Of a stretch of DNA of 29,040 bases, positions 1 to 7,595 are shown piece after piece. The notes below the pieces were generated by a model. That model worked only from the letters and a program-made list of their open reading frames with translations. It was not told where the DNA came from and made no database searches. The stretch comes from Nitrospinota bacterium (lineage in GTDB: Bacteria > UBA8248). The stretch spans positions 1 to 29,040 of the forward strand of contig JASLZZ010000040.1 in NCBI GenBank assembly GCA_030754595.1. The letters are read 5' to 3'. How positions within the stretch are numbered: the first letter of the stretch is position 1; each line of letters begins with the position of its first letter. The translations under genes were made by a program, and so were the position numbers.

Positions 1-98
1 CATTCGGATTAAGAGGATTTTGAAGCCAGACTCTCATCGGAAGCGGCACAACTACTGGGGGGCAGGTCATCCCCCGTATCCCGTTCAGGAGGAGCCTC

Positions 99-464
99 AT
101 GACGTTCTACAGTTGGGATACGGTTCCGGATGAGCACAATCGCTCCGGCGTGATTCACCGCCGGCTTTTCGGTGAAAACGTTCAGGTGCAATTGCTCACC
201 ATCGAACCGGGTGGAGAGCCCGCCGAGCTTCACGACCATCCGGAGATCGAACAGTTTTTTTGCGTTCTGGAAGGCGAGTGGGAGATGCGGGTGGTTGAGG
301 AGAAACGCCGCGTGGGTCCCGGCGATGTCATCTGCGTCGCGCCGGGCCAGATCCACAACATCACCCTCCTGGGCGACACGACCGGAAAAGTAATCGAGGT
401 TTATCAACCCGTTTTGAGCACCGAGTTGACGGAGGAGCGTAAAAGGTCAGCCAATCCTGGCTAG
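99..464 (+). CDS. Cupin-domain protein (cupin_2/KdgF-like)
   Basis: AGGAGG RBS before the ATG. Cupin motif 1 LHDHPEIEQFFCVLEG and motif 2 GPGDVICVAPGQIH. Confidence 0.85.
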   Translation: MTFYSWDTVPDEHNRSGVIHRRLFGENVQVQLLTIEPGGEPAELHDHPEIEQFFCVLEGEWEMRVVEEKRRVGPGDVICVAPGQIHNITLLGDTTGKVIEVYQPVLSTELTEERKRSANPG

Positions 465-555
465 GGCGGCCGGGGCCGAGGTCAAACCTGTGTTTCGGAA
501 TAACATCATCCCTTCTCTCATGTTGCGATGATATGACCGGCGGGTGGGTGTGTAT

Positions 556-574
556 GGCGAATTACTAATTCGCC
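556..574. promoter_or_regulatory. Perfect 9-1-9 inverted repeat GGCGAATTA-C-TAATTCGCC, candidate operator
   Basis: Directly visible. It ends 9 bp upstream of a TTGACA hexamer. Confidence 0.5.
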
Positions 575-583
575 CTGCCCAGG

Positions 584-612
584 TTGACACCTCCGCGCGG
601 GTTTCCGATATT
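584..612 (+). promoter_or_regulatory. Candidate sigma70 promoter TTGACA-N17-GATATT
   Basis: Consensus -35, 17-bp spacer and a 4/6 match to the -10 consensus. Confidence 0.55.
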
Positions 613-878
613 GAGAATTGGATATCTTTTTCATCCTGATTAGCCTTTTGTTCGGCCCTCCTGCACAGATGTCTCGAAATTGATGTCCAGAGAAGAGCCA
701 GCGAGTTCGCTCCGCACCTTGACTCCGATGCTTTTCTCTATCGAGAGATAGAGGGAGGCCATCTTGACGGAAAACCTATGCCGCCCGGGCGGCTGTGAAT
801 CCGCGCGGAGAGTTTGATGCCACGGTGCGAGTCTCAACGACCTGGGCAGATTTCTCAACACTCCTGGAGGGGACGACT

Positions 879-1853
879 GTGACTAGTCTGATGGAACGGA
901 TGGAGATCGCAAGCCTGTGCGTGGATACCTGTCTGGGGATCAAGGAAGGAGAGAAGGTGCTCGTCCTCGCCGACAAGGAGCATCTCGAATATGGCGAAGC
1001 CTTGAACGCCGCGGCGAACCTCCTGGGGGCGGAAACCGCGATCACCGTTCTCCCCGATCCCAAAAATTACGAAATGGAGCCCAGCGAGATGGTGGTCGCG
1101 GCCATGAACGCGGCGGACGTCCTGATCGTCGTCTTGTCGGAATTGGCCCAAAACCAATTCGCGCATTCAATAGCGCGAAAAGAGGCCACGGAAAAAGGCG
1201 TCCGGTACGGGGGCTACAGGATTCTTCCTCCCGGCTCGCGCCTCACCCGCGAAGATCTGCTGGAAACAGGAGAGCGGGTACTCCGGCTGATAGACCGGCT
1301 GACGTCCGCGGATTCCGCGCGCCTCACGACCGCACTGGGGACCCAGGTCACCATGTCCCTGAAAGGGAGAAAAGGGTTCGGCGTCTCACCCATCTGCACC
1401 AAATGGGAACCGGGCCGCTGGGCCGGCCTGCCGAATTTCGCCGACGCGCACATCGCACCCGTGGAAGGCACCGGCGAGGGCGTGGCGATCATCGACGGAA
1501 TGGTGAACTGGATCGGCTTCGTGCGCGAGCCCCTTAGGATAACGATCGAAAAAGGCAGAATAACCGATGTCTCCGGGGGCGCCGACGCTGAGCGGCTGCG
1601 CGCCATCCTGGATCAGGGGGATGAAAACGCTACGAATTTTGCGGAGCTGGGCATGGGCACCGTCGCCAACGCGCTGCCCGTGGGCTCGAACCTGGACAAG
1701 CGCCTTCTCGGCACCGCTCACATCGGACTCGGGGACAATTCCGTCCTCACCGGGAAAGTCCGGAGCAACATGCACATGGACGCCTTGATGTACGGGGCGA
1801 CGGTGGAACTGGACGGCGAGCCCATCGTGAAGGAAGGGAAATTCCTGGCGTGA
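879..1853 (+). CDS. Peptidase M29 (AmpT)/2,5-dihydroxypyridine dioxygenase NicX-like metalloenzyme
   Basis: Motifs IKEGEKVLVLAD, APVEGTGEG, FAELGMGT, GTAHIGLGDN and HMD. Start moved from 795 to GTG 879, which follows GGAGG at 866-870. Confidence 0.8.
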   Translation: MTSLMERMEIASLCVDTCLGIKEGEKVLVLADKEHLEYGEALNAAANLLGAETAITVLPDPKNYEMEPSEMVVAAMNAADVLIVVLSELAQNQFAHSIARKEATEKGVRYGGYRILPPGSRLTREDLLETGERVLRLIDRLTSADSARLTTALGTQVTMSLKGRKGFGVSPICTKWEPGRWAGLPNFADAHIAPVEGTGEGVAIIDGMVNWIGFVREPLRITIEKGRITDVSGGADAERLRAILDQGDENATNFAELGMGTVANALPVGSNLDKRLLGTAHIGLGDNSVLTGKVRSNMHMDALMYGATVELDGEPIVKEGKFLA

Positions 1854-1865
1854 TCGAAGGATGCA

Positions 1866-1920
1866 GCTGTGCTCCGAAAAAATTTGGATCCCTTGGGAAT
1901 CCAGTTATAGCGGAGCACGG
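1866..1920. repeat. Intergenic palindromic element; its left arm recurs at 28297-28323
   Basis: Outer arms CTGTGCTCCG/CGGAGCACGG and inner arms TGGATCCC/GGGAATCCA. Confidence 0.5.
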
Positions 1921-2012
1921 TCCGGCTGATTAAAGATGGGAGTCCCTCTATCAGCGGGATTGGTTCGAACTCAGTAGGCGGAGGGCGAGATGAAATTCAA
2001 AGGAGATGGCAA

Positions 2013-4403
2013 GTGATGAGTTCGGGAAATGGCACCAGAATCGTGAAATCCGGATGTTTTTGTTGCCACGCGGGTTGTGGAATTCTTGTCCACGTCAAGG
2101 ATGATCGTGTCGTCGATGTCGTCGGCGACCCGGACCACCCGCACAACCGGGGCAAGATATGTGTCAAGGGCCGCCACTCAATCGAAACCCTTTATCACAA
2201 GGATCGATTGCTATATCCTTTGAAACGGGCGGGCAAGCGCGGCGAGGGGAAGTGGGATCGCATTTCCTGGGACGAGGCCCTGGACACATGCGCCGCCGAA
2301 CTCAAGCGGGTCATTGATCGCTACGGCCCCCTGGCCGTCACCGGCGGAGACGGCACGAAGGGCGACGAAGTGGCCTGGATCGTGGACCTTTTCCTCCTCA
2401 AGCTCGGCACAACGAATCGCACCGGACCCGGCCGGGCTCAATGCATGATGCCGCGGCGGGAGGCCTCAAAAGCAACCTTCGGCAATTACTACACCATCGA
2501 TCTCGAGGGAGGACCCGAATGCCTGGTCCTCTGGGCGGATCAGCTTGAGACCTCGAACCACAATTCCATTCTCGGCTGGAAGGTGCAGGAGAACCTCAAG
2601 CGGGGCGCCAAGCTGATAGTGATTGATCCGCGGCGGACGCCTTACGCCCGCCGGGCGGACCTCTGGCTCCAGATTCGCCCCTCGACCGATGTGGTCCTGG
2701 CCATGAGTATGATTCACGTCATCATCGAAGAGGGTCTTTTTGATCGCGACTTCGTAACGAAATGGACCAACGCTCCCTACCTGGTGGATACCGCGTCGGG
2801 TGAACTGCTCCGGGACGTGGAGGGGCGCTATCTCGTATGGAACGAGGGAAATAACGAAGCAGCCCCGGCCGATGCCCTCGGTGTAAAACTCGTCTTGGAA
2901 GGCTCGTTCGATGTGGCCGGCCTCTCGTGCAAAACAGCCTGGCAACTCCTGCGCGAGCGGTGTGCGGCGTACCCGCCCGGAGAGGCGGCCTCGATTACCT
3001 GGCTGAAAGCGGAGGACATCGTCCGTGCGGCGCGCCTCTACGCAACCACTCGGCCCGCCGCTATCAGCTGGGGCGTAGGCCTCGATATGAACATCAACTC
3101 CCACCAGGGGCCGAGAGCCCTGACCGTCCTGGAGTGCCTCACTGGCAACGTGGACAACCAGGGGGGGAATTACTACCCGGCGCCGCGCTGCAAGGTTCAC
3201 CGGGAATTCGTTGAGGAATTCGCGGCCACGCTTCCCGATGAGTCCTTCGAGAATCAACTCGGAGCCGACCGTTTCCGGCTCGGTTCCGGGGTCACCGCTA
3301 AGCAGTACGCCAACAACCCCGCCGTCCTGCGCGCCATCCTCACGGATGAGCCTTACCCTGTGCGGGCCTGGGTTGCCATGGGGGGAAACCCCGTCATGAC
3401 TTGGAGCAATTCACGCGAGGTCTGCGAGGCCCTGCTGAAGCTCGACTTTCATATGGGATTCGACCATTTTATGACCCCCTCGCTCCAACTCGCCGACATC
3501 GTGCTGCCCGCTCCCACCCAGTTCGAGAAAGAGCGCCTCGCGGGACCGCACAGCTATAGCCCCTTCGGGAATGTTATGTGCCAGCGTGCGATCGATCCGC
3601 TGGGAGAGGTGCGCGATGAGTTCGAGGTTTCGGGCGAGATACTGCGGCGCATGGGGCTGGGAGAGAGCTGGCCCTGGCGCATGATCGTGGCGTTCTACGA
3701 AGAGCGCTTGGCCAAAGCCGGAATTTTATGGAAGGACGTGACCGAGGCGGGCGGCCTTCAAGACAAGCTCGTCTACCGGAAACACGAGACCGGTTATTTT
3801 CGAGAGAGCGGCGGATTTCCCACCCGGACCGGCAAGGCGGAAATCTACTGCACCCGATGGCACGAGAACGGCTATGACCCGCTGCCCTTTTTCACCGAGC
3901 CGCCCGAAACTCCTTATAGCAGCCCCGAGGTGGCGGAGGAGTATCCCTTTACCGTTATCACGGGCGCCAGGGTTCCCTATTTCTTTCACACCCAGCAGCA
4001 CCACGAGGGAACCCTCCGCAGGCTTCATCCCGAGCCTTTGACTTGTATCCACCCCGACTCGTCCAAGCGGCTCGGCATCTCGAATGGCGACTGGATATGC
4101 ATCGAGAGCCCGCGAGGGCGATGCGCACAGAAGGCAAAAATATTCGACGGCCTCGACCCCCGGGTGATCAGTGTCGAGCATGCCTGGTGGTTTCCGGAGG
4201 AGGAACCCTCTCTACCCCATCTTTATGGAGCCTTCCGATCGAACGCGAACACCCTCACGCCGAACAAGGACCCTTTCCTCGACCGGGCCTTCGGGGGCTA
4301 CACCTTGCGGGGATTTCAGGCGAAGGTTTACAAGATTACCGAAGAGGAGGCCATGTCCATCGGTTTGGAAGAAGAGGCGGCGGCCGGTGTTTCGGACTCA
4401 TGA
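2013..4403 (+). CDS. Molybdopterin (bis-MGD) oxidoreductase, DMSO reductase family, acetylene hydratase/catechol dehydroxylase-like
   Basis: N-terminal [4Fe-4S] motif C15-x2-C18-x3-C22-x27-C50, RLLYPLKRAGKRGEGKWDRISWDEAL, KLIVIDPRRT, ADIVLPA and C-terminal HAWWFPE. No Tat signal. AAGGAG RBS. Confidence 0.9.
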   Translation: MMSSGNGTRIVKSGCFCCHAGCGILVHVKDDRVVDVVGDPDHPHNRGKICVKGRHSIETLYHKDRLLYPLKRAGKRGEGKWDRISWDEALDTCAAELKRVIDRYGPLAVTGGDGTKGDEVAWIVDLFLLKLGTTNRTGPGRAQCMMPRREASKATFGNYYTIDLEGGPECLVLWADQLETSNHNSILGWKVQENLKRGAKLIVIDPRRTPYARRADLWLQIRPSTDVVLAMSMIHVIIEEGLFDRDFVTKWTNAPYLVDTASGELLRDVEGRYLVWNEGNNEAAPADALGVKLVLEGSFDVAGLSCKTAWQLLRERCAAYPPGEAASITWLKAEDIVRAARLYATTRPAAISWGVGLDMNINSHQGPRALTVLECLTGNVDNQGGNYYPAPRCKVHREFVEEFAATLPDESFENQLGADRFRLGSGVTAKQYANNPAVLRAILTDEPYPVRAWVAMGGNPVMTWSNSREVCEALLKLDFHMGFDHFMTPSLQLADIVLPAPTQFEKERLAGPHSYSPFGNVMCQRAIDPLGEVRDEFEVSGEILRRMGLGESWPWRMIVAFYEERLAKAGILWKDVTEAGGLQDKLVYRKHETGYFRESGGFPTRTGKAEIYCTRWHENGYDPLPFFTEPPETPYSSPEVAEEYPFTVITGARVPYFFHTQQHHEGTLRRLHPEPLTCIHPDSSKRLGISNGDWICIESPRGRCAQKAKIFDGLDPRVISVEHAWWFPEEEPSLPHLYGAFRSNANTLTPNKDPFLDRAFGGYTLRGFQAKVYKITEEEAMSIGLEEEAAAGVSDS

Positions 4404-4494
4404 AGAGTGGAAATTGTCCGATTTTCCGGTAGGAAACGTTTACAGATATCAGCAACGAACATTTTGATTTGAGAAGGGGAGGTAAATACGGCTC

Positions 4495-4839
4495 ATGAAA
4501 TCCTACGACTGGAACGAGATGACTGCTCACCAACAAGAAGGCCGTCTCCGGCGCGTCATCGCAGGAGAGCGGATGACCGTCCTCCGCCAGGTCATTCCCT
4601 CGGGCCCGGACTCCTTGGGCGCCCATAGCCACCCCCAGGAGCAGATCAGCATTGTGCTCGAAGGAAGGGCTCGCTTCACCTGCGCAGATGAAGAAGTGAC
4701 TCTCGGCCCGGGCGGGGTGGTGATCTTTCCTCCTGATACGGAGCACTCCACTCAAAATCTGGAGGACGGGAATCTGGTGGTGGAGGAGATATTCTCTCCA
4801 GGCGTGGAGCGGCTCAACAAGCTTGCGCCGCAATCTTAA
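4495..4839 (+). CDS. Cupin-domain protein (cupin_2/KdgF-like)
   Basis: GGAGG RBS. Motifs HSHPQEQISIVLEG and GPGGVVIFPPDTEHS. Confidence 0.85.
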   Translation: MKSYDWNEMTAHQQEGRLRRVIAGERMTVLRQVIPSGPDSLGAHSHPQEQISIVLEGRARFTCADEEVTLGPGGVVIFPPDTEHSTQNLEDGNLVVEEIFSPGVERLNKLAPQS

Positions 4840-4883
4840 TGAACAAATCGAAGGGGGGGCCGAGGGACAGCGAAGGGTTCAGC

Positions 4884-4910
4884 AGGAGAACGGTGAGTTT
4901 CCTCCTTTTG
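4884..4910 (+). terminator. Possible intrinsic terminator after the cupin gene
   Basis: AGGAG-AAC...GTT-TC-CTCCT hairpin followed by a short T run. The stem is bulged. Confidence 0.3.
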
Positions 4911-5313
4911 CCCTGGATTTTCCCTGTTTAAAAGGGAATTGAGTGGAGAAGGTTTTGCTCTGGACACCGCCCATCGCCAAACAGTTACCCCGTCTTTTCT
5001 CTGTTTCGATCTGACGCTCTATTACCTTTATTTCTTGGGGTTTTCCCGGATTCAACCGGACATTTTCATATTCTTCAGGGCCGCATTTCTATCCAATAAA
5101 AGTGCCAATTCGCTTTTTCTCGGAATTTGCAATCATCAGAGTCCAAAAGACTTGATTCCTTGTGATATCCAATTTTGCCGAGTGCAGTCTACTCCATGAA
5201 TATTTCCTCTTGCCGCATGACGGTGGATGGAATTTCTGCGGTGTACAGCCGAAGCGCTGAAACCAAAAGCGTTTGAGCTTACAAGCGTGATGGAGTGAGC
5301 CCTTTCTCATGGC

Positions 5314-5341
5314 TTGAAAAAGAGATGATTTTCTCCATAAT
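5314..5341 (+). promoter_or_regulatory. Candidate sigma70 promoter for the nitrile hydratase operon, TTGAAA-N16-CATAAT
   Basis: Both hexamers match consensus at 5/6 positions and lie about 80 bp upstream of the alpha start. Confidence 0.45.
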
Positions 5342-5407
5342 ACAGGTCATTGCACTTCACCTAAAAAATCGATAATACAAGTCATTGGACTTCACCTAAA
5401 AATATCG
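5337..5407 (+). repeat. Imperfect tandem duplication, 35 bp + 36 bp
   Basis: ATAATACAGGTCATTGCACTTCACCTAAAAAATCG is followed immediately by ATAATACAAGTCATTGGACTTCACCTAAAAATATCG (2 substitutions, 1 indel). Confidence 0.9.
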
Positions 5408-5421
5408 ATACGGAGGCGCGC

Positions 5422-6048
5422 ATGAGCGAGAAGACCCATGATGGGCACACCGAGCTTACGGATAACGAACTTCGGGTCCGGGCGCTCGAGTCGTTGCTCA
5501 CCGAAAGAGGCTTGGTGGACGCGGACGCTCTCAATGAACTTATCGACACCTACGAGACCAAGATCGGCCCGCGCAACGGGTTCAAGGTGGTCGCCCGCGC
5601 ATGGACGGACCCCGAATTTAAAAAACGGCTGCTCGAAGACGGCAATGCGGCCCTCGCCGAGATGGGCTACGAAGGGCGGCAGGGCGAGACCATGGTGGTG
5701 CTGGAAAACACGCCCAAGATTCACAACATGGTGGTTTGTACCCTTTGCTCGTGCTATCCGTGGCCGGTTCTGGGCCTTCCTCCCGCCTGGTATAAATCGT
5801 TCCCCTATCGCTCCCGCGCAGTGATCGACCCCCGCGGCGTTTTAAAGGAGTTCGGCGTCGAGATCGGGGACGATGTCGATATCCGCGTATGGGACAGCAC
5901 CTCGGAGACTCGGTTTATCGTCCTTCCCGAGCGCCCGGCCGGGACCGAGGACATGACCGAAGAGGAACTGGTTGAGATCGTCAACCGCAACTCCCTGATA
6001 GGAACGGCCCTGGTCGAGGCCCCGAGCGCGATAGGAGATCAGTCATGA
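5422..6048 (+). CDS. nthA: Nitrile hydratase alpha subunit, cobalt type
   Basis: Metal motif [22 protein letters not shown]; Thr and Tyr mark the Co type. Also VVARAWTDP and [25 protein letters not shown]. Confidence 0.97.
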   Translation: MSEKTHDGHTELTDNELRVRALESLLTERGLVDADALNELIDTYETKIGPRNGFKVVARAWTDPEFKKRLLEDGNAALAEMGYEGRQGETMVVLENTPKIHNMVVCTLCSCYPWPVLGLPPAWYKSFPYRSRAVIDPRGVLKEFGVEIGDDVDIRVWDSTSETRFIVLPERPAGTEDMTEEELVEIVNRNSLIGTALVEAPSAIGDQS

Positions 6049-6356
6049 ACGGTGTCCACGATATGGGCGGCATGCACGGGATGGGGCCCATCGTACTTGA
6101 GGAGAACGAGCCCGTTTTTCACGCGGAGTGGGAGCGGCGTATATTCGCCCTCTCGCGCGCCATGGGCTTTCAGGATCGGTGGAACATCGATATGGCCCGT
6201 TACGCCCGCGAGCGCATCCCGCCTCACATCTACATGGCGTCGAGTTATTATGAGCGGTTTTTATTGAGCCTTGAGACCTTGTTGGTGGAAGGTGAGTATT
6301 TTACGCAAGAGGAAATCGACGAGCGCGTGGCCAAGCTCGCAAAGGAGGAAGCCTGA
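6045..6356 (+). CDS. nthB: Nitrile hydratase beta subunit, N-terminal half
   Basis: [34 protein letters not shown] and YYER. ATGA overlap with the alpha stop. Confidence 0.93.
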   Translation: MNGVHDMGGMHGMGPIVLEENEPVFHAEWERRIFALSRAMGFQDRWNIDMARYARERIPPHIYMASSYYERFLLSLETLLVEGEYFTQEEIDERVAKLAKEEA

Positions 6357-6706
6357 TGCCTTTGCTCACCAAGGAGATGGTGCCGGGGATGCTTCGGCAG
6401 GGGGATGGTTTTAAGGTAGACATCGATATTCCGCCCAAGTTTTCGGTCGGCGATCGTATCCGGGCTCGCGATATCAATCCCGAGGGCCATACACGTCTTC
6501 CGCGCTATGCCCGCGGCCGGCAGGGAGTGATCGATAAAGACTATGGCGTTTTCGTCTTCCCCGATACCATGGCCCGGGGCGAGGGGAAAAACCCCCAGCA
6601 CCTCTACAGCGTCCGCTTCATGTTCAGCGAACTTTGGGGGCCCGACGCACGGGCCGGGGATTCCGTTTATGTCGACATGTGGGACGACTACATGGACCCC
6701 GCATGA
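6356..6706 (+). CDS. nthB: Nitrile hydratase beta subunit, C-terminal SH3-like half
   Basis: PKFSVGDRIR, GHTRLPRYARGRQG, PQHLYSVRF..ELWG and VDMWDDYM. Has its own RBS AAGGAGG (6342-6348) and a TGATG overlap. Confidence 0.93.
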   Translation: MPLLTKEMVPGMLRQGDGFKVDIDIPPKFSVGDRIRARDINPEGHTRLPRYARGRQGVIDKDYGVFVFPDTMARGEGKNPQHLYSVRFMFSELWGPDARAGDSVYVDMWDDYMDPA

Positions 6707-6715
6707 ACCCACACA

Positions 6716-7108
6716 ATGAGTCTATGGGCGAGAATGGCGATGAATGACCCGAAGGATTTTGGTGCGCTTCCCTCAATGCCTCGGGATGAGGAGGGACCCG
6801 TCTTCCGCGAGCCATGGGAGGCGCAGGCCTTTTCCATGACTTTGATGCTCTACGAGCAAGGCCACTTCACCTGGAGAGAATGGACCGAATGCTTGGGTGC
6901 TGAGATCACGGCGGCCGAAGAGCGAGGAGACCCCGACCTGGGGGATACTTATTACCTGCATTGGCTTGCCGCCATCGAAAAAATGGTCGCCGAAAAAGGT
7001 ATCGTGGAGGCCGATACCCTACGCCGCCGAAAAGACGAGTGGGATGTCGCCGCACGGACGACTCCTCACGGCCAGCCCATATTGCTTGATCACCAACAAG
7101 AACAGTAG
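6716..7108 (+). CDS. Nitrile hydratase accessory/activator protein (P14K/NhlE-like)
   Basis: PRDEEGPVFREPWEAQAF, GHFTWREW, YYLHWLAAIE and TPHGQPI. The true start may be ATG 6734 or 6740. Confidence 0.9.
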   Translation: MSLWARMAMNDPKDFGALPSMPRDEEGPVFREPWEAQAFSMTLMLYEQGHFTWREWTECLGAEITAAEERGDPDLGDTYYLHWLAAIEKMVAEKGIVEADTLRRRKDEWDVAARTTPHGQPILLDHQQEQ

Positions 7109-7209
7109 GGAATTCGCCAGCTGCGCTCTTTCAAAGATTAAGAACGCCGGATTGTAGAAATTTTCCGGAGGGCCGATCGGCCGGAGGATCTGCGCTTTCG
7201 CCCGATTCG

Positions 7210-7241
7210 CCGCGCGCGCAATGGGCAAGCGCGGGTTTTTT
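7210..7241 (+). terminator. Probable intrinsic terminator of the nitrile hydratase operon
   Basis: CCGCGC...GCGCGG stem followed by G and TTTTTT, about 100 bp after the last gene. Confidence 0.55.
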
Positions 7242-7595
7242 GTGCACGCCGAAAGCCGCGGCCTTTACCTGATGAAGGTTCTAACCTCGGCCGATCCAGT
7301 TTCGGTGAATCCGGAATCACCTTGAATTTCCATGCGGTCCTTATTTGCGAATTGCTACGATAAAATCGCGGCATATCGAATTTCCCTAAAACAAGGCTCC
7401 GGAAGGTTTCGCCCTGTCCGAATATTTGCCTGAATCCTGACCCCCCTCCATGATCGAGGATCCTGGCGGATACGAATAGATTAGGGAAGAAATCGTCAAT
7501 TTCAGGGACGAGTCAATTTAGGCTAGTATGTTGCCATTCAGGAAACCATAGGGAATTTTTGGTTACAATTGAGTGGTGGAAAGAGGGAGTATCCT

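Noticed and set aside
4939..5310. Short ORFs in the gap before nthA
   Set aside because: No convincing RBS, atypical composition and no motifs.
5337..5407. 35-bp repeats as a CRISPR array
   Set aside because: Only two copies, directly abutting with no spacer, and no cas genes.
4840..5420. Cobalamin or NiCo riboswitch upstream of the cobalt enzyme
   Set aside because: I could not find the conserved cores by eye. An Rfam scan would settle it.
6045..6706. Beta subunit as a frameshifted pseudogene
   Set aside because: The second half has its own strong RBS and TGATG coupling, and the conserved residues are intact.
7268..7295. CTGATGA followed by a small stem, resembling a hammerhead ribozyme core
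   Set aside because: The stem is followed by CGG rather than the required GAAA, and stems I and III cannot be built.
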